From a virus, in IMG/VR virus record IMGVR_UViG_3300034108_000503, positions 8,272 through 72,271 of that record: 64,000 nucleotides of DNA; one strand, given 5' to 3'. The position numbers were made by a program, and so were the translations under genes. This document shows positions 27,231-36,720 of the stretch, piece after piece. The notes beneath the pieces are model-generated. The model saw only the letters and a list, made by a program, of their open reading frames with translations, did no database searches and had not been told where the DNA came from. Numbering within the stretch: position 1 is the stretch's first letter; every line of letters begins with the position of its first letter.

Positions 27231-27869
27231 TTATTTCTTATTTAATGTCACCAATTTACACAACTCAATGAACCGATCAATACTCAATGGTCCTCGCATC
27301 ATGTTTATGTCTTTATGAACCCATTGTATGTTTTTAGGCTCGTAACCTTTGTTGTTATCAATTCTATCAAGGCTTGCCGTTTGATCAGAATAATATAAAC
27401 TTATAGGCAAGCCAGTCATTGAGCATGCATTATTAAAAGATTCGTACATTTCTTCTTGGGTTAAATTCCATGTCAATCCTCTTGATATGGCTGACTTTTT
27501 GAACTTATTGAAAGTTCTTGCATTCGGTCCTGTTGGATTGTTTTCAGAAAAGTATTTCAGCTTTGAGGCGCAAGGCTTGCACTTCCATTTCCCTCTGCTG
27601 CTTGATTCTGCGTGAGATTTTCGCGTGTACGCTTGCTCTGCTCCGCAAGAATGACAATTAGAACACCATTTCCCATCGCTTCTTTTGTATACACCATGAA
27701 TTTCTACTAGTTTTTTTCTGTAGTCTATTTTACATGATTTACATGATCCACGGTAAACCATTTTAAGAGCAGAGCTTTTATTCCTAAAATCATTAAACGA
27801 TCCGCATATACATGCAGCGGTGAATCCGTCTTTGGTTTTAGTGATTCTGTCGCTTATTATTGGTCTCAT
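27231..27869 (-). mobile_element. Free-standing HNH-type homing endonuclease gene (AT-rich)
   Basis: CxxC pairs; CSMTG...ASLDRIDNNKGYEPKNIQWVHKDINMMR; GC clearly lower than the flanks. Confidence 0.75.
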
Positions 27870-27905
27870 GTGACTTGTTTTACCATTTAACCACAAGCCA
27901 GTCAA

Positions 27906-28184
27906 TCACCATTTATATCTATTAGACCACCAAGCCGCAGAAAGTTTGCCCTTTGCGATATTCTTTGCATGCCTCGCCTTGAAGGAAAGCCTCCGCTTGC
28001 GATACGATTCCGACTCGCCCTCCTTCTTCGGTGATCCACTGACCCCCTGCTGCCCGAAGCGGATGGTCTTCACCGTATCGCCGGACTTCGCCACTACGAC
28101 ATGGCTTTTCGTTGGATGATTCGGGGTCCGCTTCGGCTTGTTGTAAGCCGTCACGCCGATGCGCTGAAGGATCGAGTCTCTCAT
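27906..28184 (-). CDS. Conserved small basic phage protein
   Basis: YNKPKRTPNHPTKSHVVVAK...IRFGQQG...SFKARH...AAWWS. Confidence 0.7.
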   Translation of the reverse strand: MRDSILQRIGVTAYNKPKRTPNHPTKSHVVVAKSGDTVKTIRFGQQGVSGSPKKEGESESYRKRRLSFKARHAKNIAKGKLSAAWWSNRYKW

Positions 28185-28199
28185 TCGGCAGAGATTACA

Positions 28200-28421
28200 T
28201 CAGGCATTCTGATTCTCAACACGGAAGATCCGCAGTCTGTACTGCGATCCGGTTTCCGGGTCAGGCGACTCCAGATGACAGATGGATGCCGCCAGTCTGG
28301 CGCTGTACCGGGAGACCACTTCCTCCCCGGTGACAGGAATCCTTGGGACCAGGAATGCTTTCGCAAACCTCTCGGCATCGGAGCGCGATGCAATTCTGGA
28401 TGACAGATCCTTGCCGTTCAT
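28200..28421 (-). CDS. Hypothetical protein
   Basis: Coupled ORF. Confidence 0.45.
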   Translation of the reverse strand: MNGKDLSSRIASRSDAERFAKAFLVPRIPVTGEEVVSRYSARLAASICHLESPDPETGSQYRLRIFRVENQNA

Positions 28422-28582
28422 GATTCCTCCTTCCGGCTCATGTGGATCACCATCTCATCCTCCCGGAGATGCTGCTCTTGGACGATCACCATGGCGTGAT
28501 CAATCGTGATCCCGCGCACCTCAACCGTGCGATTCAGTCCCGATGCAAGGATCGGGCCGATGACTGCAATGAACGTGAGCAT
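28418..28582 (-). CDS. Hypothetical protein
   Basis: MLTFIAVIG... fills the gap between neighbours. Confidence 0.4.
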   Translation of the reverse strand: MLTFIAVIGPILASGLNRTVEVRGITIDHAMVIVQEQHLREDEMVIHMSRKEES

Positions 28583-28584
28583 GA

Positions 28585-28818
28585 TCAGCGGGCGGTTGAG
28601 TGAAGTTGCAGGACCGTGACGTGATACGATGGTTCGCCCTCGCCGTCGAAGATGATCTCGTTCACCTGCCAGGAGCATCCTTTGTTCTCCGGTTTCTCGC
28701 GATGCATCTCCCAGACGCTGTGAGCGTATGCGACGGCGGAATCCAGATTGTGGAATCCGTGGAGTCCTGCGATAAAACTGGTTTTATTACAGAGATCTAC
28801 ATGATATCGATGTTTCAT
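28585..28818 (-). CDS. Hypothetical early protein
   Basis: ORF with A/C-rich leader. Confidence 0.55.
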   Translation of the reverse strand: MKHRYHVDLCNKTSFIAGLHGFHNLDSAVAYAHSVWEMHREKPENKGCSWQVNEIIFDGEGEPSYHVTVLQLHSTAR

Positions 28819-28928
28819 ATTTGTGCGATGCGTTTGCGGTTTGATTTAGCGGGTGCCTCTCTGGCACTCCCTGCTGCCCCCGTGCGGCGTCTGAGCCACT
28901 CCAGAGGCAGTGTGGGAGGGTCATTTGG

Positions 28929-29441
28929 TCACCCCCGCCCAGAAAGCCCGCTAAGGGCATCCTGGACGGTTTCGTAGCTTCCCAGTACCTCGGACAACGG
29001 GAACTGGGTGGCGAGCGGGTCGAAGGCGTACACAAGCACGACTGGCTCAACCGTCTTCGTGGTTGGTGCCAGCAGATAGATGGTGCCGTCCTCCCTCGAC
29101 CGGACTGTCCGGTACGACGTGATGTTGATTCCGACCAACTGCATGAAGTCTCGATGGAACTGCACCGGGCGGAACGGACGTGCGATGCGTTTGACGGTCG
29201 CAGCAGAGGGTGGCGCGATCCTGCCCCAGTCCGGCCCGCCATGCGCCTCGACCAGTCTCTGGATCTCCCCATCCGCCATCGGCCCGCAGGAGGTAGCAAG
29301 TACCTCCCACGGACCAGTGGATCCCGCTGGGATTGCACCATCGTAATCCCCAGCCCAGACCCGGATCCAGGTGCCATCCCGCATGATGATGCGTGGCGGT
29401 TTCGCCGGGTAAAACTCCCGCAGGAATCGGTGGAGGTTCAT
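28929..29441 (-). CDS. Hypothetical early protein
   Basis: MNLHRFLREF... ORF; ATGA coupling. Confidence 0.5.
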   Translation of the reverse strand: MNLHRFLREFYPAKPPRIIMRDGTWIRVWAGDYDGAIPAGSTGPWEVLATSCGPMADGEIQRLVEAHGGPDWGRIAPPSAATVKRIARPFRPVQFHRDFMQLVGINITSYRTVRSREDGTIYLLAPTTKTVEPVVLVYAFDPLATQFPLSEVLGSYETVQDALSGLSGRG

Positions 29442-29692
29442 ACTTGGACTTGCGTGATGCTGATCACCTTCGGGCATGAGATGATGAATTCACTGTTCTC
29501 ACGATCCAGACCGTCCATTATTGCCTGCACGGCTTTCATTACGCGGGCCTCGTCAACCACCTCTCCATCCGCGTATGTAATCGCATACCTTTGCGTGATG
29601 CCGTAGTTGGGAATTCCCAGATCGGCGGCTGCGATGAGTTTTGAGATGCCACGAAACCCGACTAGCCACTCGACGATTGCAATAGTTTTCAT
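29438..29692 (-). CDS. Hypothetical early protein
   Basis: ATGA-coupled ORF. Confidence 0.55.
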   Translation of the reverse strand: MKTIAIVEWLVGFRGISKLIAAADLGIPNYGITQRYAITYADGEVVDEARVMKAVQAIMDGLDRENSEFIISCPKVISITQVQV

Positions 29693-29934
29693 TCTGCGAT
29701 TTTGTAGAGTCCCATGATGACCAATTCCGGGATGCCGTAAACCTTATGCGCGTCGCAGGAATCGCAACGGTATCTTCTGGCGTTTGGCTCAACGTTGTCG
29801 CCGGACATCTCCCCGCAGGCTAAACAGAATCCTTCGCCGGATGAGTCTGTCATGTAGCCAGCCATTTCATCATCGGTCAGAACTGGCATGTATTGCTCTG
29901 CGCCGCCTCTGGATTTGTATTTTTGCGTTCTCAT
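29689..29934 (-). CDS. Small Zn-ribbon early protein
   Basis: GFCLACGE...VEPNARRYRCDSC..KVYG. Confidence 0.65.
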   Translation of the reverse strand: MRTQKYKSRGGAEQYMPVLTDDEMAGYMTDSSGEGFCLACGEMSGDNVEPNARRYRCDSCDAHKVYGIPELVIMGLYKIAE

Positions 29935-29958
29935 GTTTTGAGTTTTTGGTTTTGAGGT

Positions 29959-30153
29959 TCAGGATCCCGTCCCGGTTTGGTGAATGCAGTGCGGTGATAC
30001 GCCAGATGACGACTTCCAGACTTCGCAGTAGACGCCTGGCTTCTTTAGCCGATTGGCTATGAAGATTGCGAGGCGTTTATTTTTCAGGTCAACGCCGTAT
30101 TGCCTGCGCTTCCCCGTGTGGATGTCGTGGATTATGATGGTGTACAGGTTCAT
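29959..30153 (-). CDS. Hypothetical early protein
   Basis: MNLYTIII... with A/C-rich leader. Confidence 0.5.
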   Translation of the reverse strand: MNLYTIIIHDIHTGKRRQYGVDLKNKRLAIFIANRLKKPGVYCEVWKSSSGVSPHCIHQTGTGS

Positions 30154-30179
30154 TTGATTGCGATTCGGTTTGGGTTGAG

Positions 30180-30443
30180 TTACTTGCCTTCGACCCACCA
30201 CTGAACGCACTCCCCGAGTTCCGGTGCGCCGTTCCAGAACTCCAGATTACTGCCGTCGCCGTCCTCCCATGTCGGGTCAATGTAGAGACCGAACGAGTCC
30301 GGAGAGCCTGCCACGCGGCAGCGCTCTACGATGCACGCAGAGGTGCTGTCGGCATCGTGGGTGGCGTAGCTGTACTCGACCATCTGCCCTTGGCATTCGG
30401 GCGGGGTGACAAATTTGAGACTGGAGGTATCGATGGATGTCAT
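30180..30443 (-). CDS. Hypothetical early protein
   Basis: MTSIDTSS... with A/C-rich leader. Confidence 0.5.
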   Translation of the reverse strand: MTSIDTSSLKFVTPPECQGQMVEYSYATHDADSTSACIVERCRVAGSPDSFGLYIDPTWEDGDGSNLEFWNGAPELGECVQWWVEGK

Positions 30444-30487
30444 GGTTTGCGGGGGGTTGGGGTTGCTGGTGAGGTAGTGGCGCATGG

Positions 30488-30688
30488 TTAGCGGGAGTAA
30501 ATAACTGTTTGCACCATACAGACGCTGACGGACGGGTCTGCGTCGTATTCCGCGCAGCCGCGCTCAAACATGCGCTGGATTCCACGCTCCGACAGGCGTC
30601 GCGAGCGAGTCAGTGACCGTGTAAATTGGACGTGTGCGCCGTATGCGTCCGAGTAGCGGGAACAGGTGATGGTGTGCAGGATTTTCAT
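30488..30688 (-). CDS. Hypothetical early protein
   Basis: ORF in the array of small genes. Confidence 0.5.
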   Translation of the reverse strand: MKILHTITCSRYSDAYGAHVQFTRSLTRSRRLSERGIQRMFERGCAEYDADPSVSVCMVQTVIYSR

Positions 30689-30772
30689 ATTGCGATTCAG
30701 TTTGAGTTTATTGCGGAGTCGTCATGACTCCCCGCTGCCCATCCGGCGATTGACCAGATGGGCAGACGGGAA

Positions 30773-31138
30773 TCATGGGATCGAGTAGATGATTGGATTG
30801 TGCTCCTGATATGCTTCTGCGGTTTCCTGCGCCTCCTCGGCAGTGTCGCATGGTTCGTACTTGTAGCGAATCTCCGGATCCTCAGCCTCCCAGTCAGTCC
30901 ATTCGACGGCCCATAGGAGGCGGGTCTGGTTGCGATCCGATACCGCGACGGTGACCCATTCCTGATCCCCATCCCCCTCATCGACTGCTTCCAGGATGAC
31001 ATCCGTGTAATACTTGAAATCCTCCAGTCTCGCAGTCTGGACTGCCATAACGTACTCCATGTATGCCTCGCCACGACGAGGGCCGAAATATGCTTCGGTG
31101 TCCCCGCTTAGGGATTTTAGTGCAACTCTGTAGATCAT
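30773..31138 (-). CDS. Acidic hypothetical early protein
   Basis: D/E-rich ORF. Confidence 0.55.
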   Translation of the reverse strand: MIYRVALKSLSGDTEAYFGPRRGEAYMEYVMAVQTARLEDFKYYTDVILEAVDEGDGDQEWVTVAVSDRNQTRLLWAVEWTDWEAEDPEIRYKYEPCDTAEEAQETAEAYQEHNPIIYSIP

Positions 31139-31141
31139 GGC

Positions 31142-31531
31142 TCAGGCTTCAAAATTGGAGATGCTGGTGATAACACAGGTGACATCGCTCTCGGGAACCT
31201 CGGTATTCTCGCCATCGGCGAATACCTCGACAGCTTTGGCGACCCATTCGCAGTGGCGGAAATCGGGATGATCCCGGTTCTGGCGAGCGTCGAACTGCAT
31301 GCGGGCGATGCATTCCTCGCGAGACTCGTAGGTTCCGAGTTCGATGATGTTTGCGTGCTGGTGCAGTTCCAGGGAATAGATAATCCCGGTGGCAGGCACC
31401 TGTTCGACGGTGTACTCGGTTTCCGCGCAGATGGCGGAAACGATCTCCTCATGTGAGGAGCATGGAGTCTGCTCCCCGTCTGGGTGCGTGAGCAGAAAGA
31501 GGCTGGCTTTCGGAAGGACGAATTGTTTCAT
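31142..31531 (-). CDS. Acidic hypothetical early protein
   Basis: MKQFVLPK... with A/C-rich leader. Confidence 0.55.
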   Translation of the reverse strand: MKQFVLPKASLFLLTHPDGEQTPCSSHEEIVSAICAETEYTVEQVPATGIIYSLELHQHANIIELGTYESREECIARMQFDARQNRDHPDFRHCEWVAKAVEVFADGENTEVPESDVTCVITSISNFEA

Positions 31532-31565
31532 TGGTTTGTGTTTGGTTTGGGGTTTGGGGATTTGA

Positions 31566-31796
31566 TCAGCATGCGAGGCAGTTCCGGGGAATAGAGAGAC
31601 CCATGCGGAGGGCGTGAAACACGTCACCAGAGTGACGAATCGGGATACTGATTGGACCAACCTCGCCGTTGCGGGGATACTCAACCACTCCGGTTGAGTG
31701 CCGATCATTGGGATATGTGGTGAGAGCGACTCCGCTCGGGAACGTGTGCGTGACTTGCCCCCGTTCATCGGTGGTGGTAATGATTGAGTCTTCCAT
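31566..31796 (-). CDS. Hypothetical early protein
   Basis: ORF with A/C-rich leader. Confidence 0.5.
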   Translation of the reverse strand: MEDSIITTTDERGQVTHTFPSGVALTTYPNDRHSTGVVEYPRNGEVGPISIPIRHSGDVFHALRMGLSIPRNCLAC

Positions 31797-32130
31797 GTTT
31801 TGAGTTTGGTTTGTGTTTGGTTTGCCCTGTGGCGTGTGAAGTAAACGCGATACCGTTCCACACGTCTACGTTTTTTTATGTACGCAAACACGGATGCCAT
31901 GCGATGCCATGCAGTTGCGGCGATGCCATGCAGTTAAGTACCGGCACCGGCTCCATGCCGGCTCTCCCCGGTGGTGCCTCCCCTGCCCCCCCTCCCCGGC
32001 GGGGTCTGCCTCTGCCTCTGCCCTCTCACGCTCCACGCTCCACGCTCCACGCCTCCCCGGCATCTATGCATTGCCACGCTTCCCGCGCCTCCCTCCCGAT
32101 GCTGCCGCTTCTCCCCGGCACGCTGGCACG

Positions 32131-32162
32131 AAAAAGGGGAGAGGCTCGCGCCCCTCCCCTTC
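32131..32162 (-). terminator. Rho-independent terminator after the GP88-like gene
   Basis: Minus strand AAGGGGAGGGG-CGCGAG-CCTCTCCCCTT followed by a T tract. Confidence 0.6.
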
Positions 32163-32181
32163 CGCATCGCTGGCGCTTGTG

Positions 32182-32940
32182 TCAGACTCTGATCACAAAC
32201 CCGCTTTTATCCGCTTTCGCTTTTCCTTTTGTCAGCAACCCGAACACCGTGCCGCCTGGTCGCAGAAACGTCAGGTCTTCCTTGTCGCCATCGATGACCG
32301 GACAACCCGCCCAACGCTCCGGGAGGCGCGGAGCAAAAACCGCAGCGACGCATCCCCCTGATTGCAGGAATGAACGGGAGAGCCTGTCACTCTCGGGCGT
32401 CTCAGAGCGTGACCAGGTCAGATGGTAATTCGCCGGAAAATCCCCGATGAGAAAACGGCTCATCCGGCCTTTTACTTTTGTGTAGTCGTAAAACTGAACG
32501 CCCTTAAACCGTTCCGGCAGCGTCTCACCGTTTGCCGTTTTGATTGATTCCCAGGATTGATCGCTTGTCAGATTCAAGCGGATGGCGGGGCGGAGGCGGT
32601 GACGGTCTGCGAGCCTAAGAAACGCCTCTAGTTCCCTCACCAGTTGATCCATGAATTGCGCTCTGTCTCGAAGGAAATAGAGCGTTCTGGCAAGGCGTGC
32701 TATTTGCACCTGAGGAAACGCACCATGCCCGGCAGTGACCAAGCAGACTTCCCGGCAACCCTCAGACGACCCAGGGCAGACGTTTTTCCCTGACAGGCTA
32801 GCCGGGGAAAAATGAATTCCAGTGGTAATCCATCCGACAGCATGCCCCTTTTCTAGTTTTGGGTTGTTCGCAGTGAGTATGGCGCGGAGTTGCGCCTTAT
32901 AGGCAGCGTAAGCGGCTTCGATTTCTTGAGAGAATTTCAT
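32182..32940 (-). CDS. GP88-like / radical-SAM-like Cys-cluster protein
   Basis: NVCPGSSEGCREVCL (CX6CX3C), IRLNLTSD, QFYDYTK, NYHLTWSRSE, IDGDKEDLTF. Confidence 0.65.
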   Translation of the reverse strand: MKFSQEIEAAYAAYKAQLRAILTANNPKLEKGHAVGWITTGIHFSPASLSGKNVCPGSSEGCREVCLVTAGHGAFPQVQIARLARTLYFLRDRAQFMDQLVRELEAFLRLADRHRLRPAIRLNLTSDQSWESIKTANGETLPERFKGVQFYDYTKVKGRMSRFLIGDFPANYHLTWSRSETPESDRLSRSFLQSGGCVAAVFAPRLPERWAGCPVIDGDKEDLTFLRPGGTVFGLLTKGKAKADKSGFVIRV

Positions 32941-33039
32941 TTCTTGAGTAGGTGGGGATTTAGTAGGGGCGCGAGAGTGCGAGCATGAAGCAAATCACGA
33001 CAAGCACAAGGAGGAGGGAGATCAGGAAGTCGGGGATTC

Positions 33040-33468
33040 TCATGCCCGCACCTCCTTGAATCCTTCAAGGGTTGCGATATCAGCCCGGACGCGTTCCAGG
33101 CAAACGGCGACGGAACCGTTCCCGCGCCCTTCTTCGATCTCCTTTTCCAGGCTTGCAGCCGACTCCCTCAATTCCTCAATTGAGGAAGCAAGGGCCGAGC
33201 GGACGCAATGCGGGAGAGGATCCCGGACTAGGTAGGAATTGCCAGTGGCGTTTCTTCCGTCTTCCGGAAGCCTGACTTCCTCGAGGGTGCAGCCGGGGAA
33301 GTACTCGGCGAGGAATTGAGCGGCGGCGGAATCATGGGCGCGCCCCGCGTAGTCGTAGGAATAGACGCGGCGGATAATCCCGCGACCGGGGACAAATCCC
33401 CGAACGGAGATCCGGGAGCCTTTGCAGTCGGTTGGGCCGTGGTATTTGGTGACCAATATCGTTTTCAT
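33040..33468 (-). CDS. Conserved early protein
   Basis: TKYHGPTDCKGSRI...YDY...HDSAA pattern. Confidence 0.6.
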   Translation of the reverse strand: MKTILVTKYHGPTDCKGSRISVRGFVPGRGIIRRVYSYDYAGRAHDSAAAQFLAEYFPGCTLEEVRLPEDGRNATGNSYLVRDPLPHCVRSALASSIEELRESAASLEKEIEEGRGNGSVAVCLERVRADIATLEGFKEVRA

Positions 33469-33554
33469 ATTTTCGGTTTTTCGGTTTGGGTTTAGGAGCG
33501 GCACCGCTCCCCGCTCCCCACTCCGAAGAATGGAGAGACGGGAACGGGGGTGGC

Positions 33555-33821
33555 TTAGAGGGTGGTGAAATACGGATCAATTTCTCCCCGGCGGATCAAT
33601 TCCTCCCGAAGCAAATCCCGAGCGCCAGATTTAGCGGCTGCATACTCGGGGAAGGTCGGTCCGCCTACTTCATCGTACTCTTCCCACAGTCTTTCAGATG
33701 GGAGCGCCAGCATGGCCGCCAGCCTTTCCCGGCTGCCGTACCAGTCGACTGCTTGGGAGAGAATCACGCCAGCCTGGCCGACTGTTGCAAGGAGAAGGGG
33801 ATTTGTTTTTTTGGTTTTCAT
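33555..33821 (-). CDS. Hypothetical early protein
   Basis: MKTKKTNP... with (AACC)n leader. Confidence 0.5.
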   Translation of the reverse strand: MKTKKTNPLLLATVGQAGVILSQAVDWYGSRERLAAMLALPSERLWEEYDEVGGPTFPEYAAAKSGARDLLREELIRRGEIDPYFTTL

Positions 33822-33847
33822 GGTTGGTTGGTTGGTTTTTTGGGTGA

Positions 33848-34018
33848 TTACTTGGAGGAAATGCAGAATGAGAACCGGAGTTTCCCGCAGCGGATGAACC
33901 AGATTCCTCCCACGCGCCGCCATGAGAGCGACCGGAGAAGAAACCAGCACGGAATCCCGGAGAGGAATGCACCTGCTGACATACAGCAGGCGAGGGAGAG
34001 GAGGTCGGGGGCGTTCAT
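33848..34018 (-). CDS. Small hypothetical protein (56 aa, not in the ORF track)
   Basis: MNAPDLLSLACCMSAGAFL...RRVGGIWFIRCGKLRFSFCISSK; fills the gap between neighbours. Confidence 0.45.
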   Translation of the reverse strand: MNAPDLLSLACCMSAGAFLSGIPCWFLLRSLSWRRVGGIWFIRCGKLRFSFCISSK

Positions 34019-34020
34019 GG

Positions 34021-34359
34021 TTAATCCTCATAGCCTTCAAATGCTGAAAAGCAGGATTGAAAGTATGCCAGCGATTCCGGCTCGAAGCAATTCTCTCTCA
34101 CGGAGTCGTCCGCGTTGCACTCCGCATTGCATGCGGCGTGGAAATCCCGCAGCCGATCAGGCTGATCCCATCCCTCCCCGGTAGCGGAATCGTAAACCTC
34201 CCGCCACCGTTTCCGCGTCCGGTCGAAGATATCCCCGAGAATGCTGATTTTCTCCAGATCAGTCTCCTGATCAGGATCAAACCCATAAGGGTATGCCTTC
34301 CGGCTGGCGGCATAGAATTCGTCTGAGCGAATCCACCGTTCTGCTTGTCTTTTAGTCAT
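34021..34359 (-). CDS. Hypothetical early protein
   Basis: MTKRQAERW...; first gene after the promoter region. Confidence 0.55.
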   Translation of the reverse strand: MTKRQAERWIRSDEFYAASRKAYPYGFDPDQETDLEKISILGDIFDRTRKRWREVYDSATGEGWDQPDRLRDFHAACNAECNADDSVRENCFEPESLAYFQSCFSAFEGYED

Positions 34360-34413
34360 TTGCTTGTCGTGAGTAGGTTTTACGGTTCCGCGCATCATGC
34401 GCTTCCCCGGTGC

Positions 34414-34550
34414 AAGGTATCGGTGAAAGTCTGATTTATGTCAAGCCTACGCAATCACGTAGAACAGTGTAATGCGTTGTATTTCAACGGTTGAGAGATG
34501 TTCTTTTTCTTTCTAGTACAAGTAATATACGCGAATGCGGGTTTTGTCAA
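34414..34550 (-). promoter_or_regulatory. Tandem sigma70-like promoters for the early block, with a TACGCAATCACGTA box (34448-34461)
   Basis: TTGACA on the minus strand at 34550-34545 (followed by TATATTAC) and at 34444-34439; -10 spacing is imperfect. Confidence 0.55.
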
Positions 34551-35222
34551 TGGCAAAGGTAAATCAGTCGCAACCCGTTGAAACAGAAGAGCCTGACAAA
34601 GAGTGAAACCGCGAAATGGCACGGAAAAGCGGAGGCGAGAAAATGAACCGATGGACGGCAGAACCCGCAGAACCGTGATTCACTGAGTCCACTCACTGAT
34701 TCCACTCAATTCCCGCGCAATTGACGGACAGGAGGAAACCCCGGAACCCCAGCCCGAAGCGGCAACCTGAGCAACCCGGAGCGGACACGGTGCCGGAAGC
34801 AGAGAAGCGGAAGGACAGAAGCGGAAGCGGACAGAAGAACGGATGGAAACGCTTCCCCGGAATGACGCTGGCGAGGTTCTGAAACCATCCCGCCCAGCTA
34901 CCCTCCTATGGTCTCGCCTCCCCCGGCCCAGCATCGCGCTCCTGGTCTGCATCAGATCGATTCCCCAGCCCTCGCCATGACAGTCCCGCGCCGCATCGGC
35001 TGATCATTCCCCGGCATGATCAAGAGCCGGAAACGGAAAGATTACGGGGTGGATTTTGCATGACGGTTATTAAATCAAGTTATGACCTCACCGGAAAAGC
35101 CCGATTTCCCCCAGTGCGAGCGGCAGCGGATCGGGATTCTGACGGGCAGGCAAGCCCCGCAGATGACAGGCCTAGACGCTGGCAAGGAGGGGGTGGGAGA
35201 GAGTGCAGGCCCGCGCAGAGGT

Positions 35223-35300
35223 GGGGAGGGACCACCAGGGGTGGGGGAGGGGAGGGGCGCTGCGCCGTGATCATTTATATATACCCCCCTCTTCAAAAAA
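35223..35300 (+). other. G-quadruplex-capable tract plus TATATA/C-tract; candidate terminus or packaging signal
   Basis: GGGG-T-GGGGG-A-GGGG-A-GGGG at 35238-35257, then TTTATATATACCCCCC. Confidence 0.4.
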
Positions 35301-35486
35301 TTCTCATCACTGGATCTCTGGTGTTACTACAGTCCATTTGAAAAAATTCCTCCTTCGCTGACACCCTCCTTTTGGTCCCTCTCTTTGGACTCCTTTTTGT
35401 TTTGATCCCTGTGACAGTGGGAAGAGCCACGGGAGTTGTTGATTCTCCGGTGGCTCTTTGGGGTGGTGGTTGGTGTGGGTGTCTTC

Positions 35487-36014
35487 TTACGCCTGCGGTG
35501 GTTCTCCTGTACCTCCGTGATTGGATTCGGCTACTGGTTTCGGTGGTTGCGGCTGATGTGCTGCTGTGGTGATTGCGTGGAGGGCGTCTGAGAGGTTGAG
35601 GATGGCGAGGGTGTCTTCCTGTTTTGGGATGGTGAGTTCCTCACTGGATGCCGTGTAGAACTCCTTGTCTGCGATGTTCCTGATGAGATTGAGCTTTGCG
35701 AGGAGTGCGCCGATGATGGTGGTGACTTCTGTCTGTGGGAGTTCGATGAAGCTGTCAAAGCCTGCTTCGATTCTCTGAGTGACGGTGAAGAATCCGAGGA
35801 TGGACTCTGTGATTTCTGTGGTTCGTGCTGTGTTTCTGGAGATTGTCTGTTCCAGGAACTGGATATGTGGATCCTGGCTATCGATTGACTTGCGGATCCT
35901 GATTTCGTTTTGGGTTTGCTGGCTGTCGTAGTCCTTCTGGTTTCTGAGGTCCAGGAGGGTATCTGTGATTGTTTTTGCCTGTGCTGCTGTGAATTGGATG
36001 GTGTATGTATTCAT
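35487..36014 (-). CDS. Hypothetical protein
   Basis: 175-aa ORF; A/C-skewed codons. Confidence 0.6.
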   Translation of the reverse strand: MNTYTIQFTAAQAKTITDTLLDLRNQKDYDSQQTQNEIRIRKSIDSQDPHIQFLEQTISRNTARTTEITESILGFFTVTQRIEAGFDSFIELPQTEVTTIIGALLAKLNLIRNIADKEFYTASSEELTIPKQEDTLAILNLSDALHAITTAAHQPQPPKPVAESNHGGTGEPPQA

Positions 36015-36020
36015 GGTGAT

Positions 36021-36266
36021 TTACTCTTGGTCCTTCTTGAGTTCGACTGCTGCTTCGTTGATGATCTTGAGCAGGTCTTTGTCTTCACGGTTGAAGATCC
36101 TCCTGAAGATGTCCCAGTCATCGGATTCGATGTAGTGCTTTCCGAAGAAGTTGTACGCTTCCTCTGCGATTGGCCCTGAGAATTCGTATTCTACTTCTGC
36201 CCAGAGGACGTTGTTCCTCAGCCAGAATCTGACTTCCTTTCCGTCGATGATCTTTGTGATGTGCAT
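36021..36266 (-). CDS. Hypothetical protein
   Basis: ORF in the operon. Confidence 0.55.
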   Translation of the reverse strand: MHITKIIDGKEVRFWLRNNVLWAEVEYEFSGPIAEEAYNFFGKHYIESDDWDIFRRIFNREDKDLLKIINEAAVELKKDQE

Positions 36267-36271
36267 ACTGG

Positions 36272-36712
36272 TTACTCCCATGCGCCGCTGATCTGTTCTG
36301 GGGTGATCTTTGGGAAGTCCGTTGTGAGCCTGAAGAAGATGAGGTCCGAGAGGGATCCGATTTCGTCTTGGATTGCTTTTATGGAGTTTGCTCCTGCGGT
36401 GTGTGAGTTTCCTACATAGAAGCAGAACTTGTCCTTGTGCTGGATGTACCAGTACGGGGCTTTCGTTTCGCTTCTTGGTTCTGTGTCGAAGTGGAGGACT
36501 CGGACCGTGCGGTCTTCCGGGGTTTGGTTTGCTGCCAGTTGCTGGACTGAGCCTTTTGGTGAGACCCTTCTTGGGATATCCAGGATGAAGAGGTACAGCT
36601 TTGTGAATGCCTCACGGATTGGGATCACCTCTTCCCTGCCCTGGAAGTCTCTGGCGATGATGTTGTTGTCCTCCTTGGTGGCGGTGAGCCATGGGTGGTG
36701 TTGGGTGTTCAT
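36272..36712 (-). CDS. Hypothetical protein
   Basis: MNTQHHPWL... ORF. Confidence 0.55.
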   Translation of the reverse strand: MNTQHHPWLTATKEDNNIIARDFQGREEVIPIREAFTKLYLFILDIPRRVSPKGSVQQLAANQTPEDRTVRVLHFDTEPRSETKAPYWYIQHKDKFCFYVGNSHTAGANSIKAIQDEIGSLSDLIFFRLTTDFPKITPEQISGAWE

Positions 36713-36720
36713 GATTTGAG

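Noticed and set aside
31784-32428. Several ORFs across the GC-rich repeat tract
   Set aside because: Low-complexity Pro/Arg/Ala translations in multiple frames, typical of non-coding GC-rich DNA.
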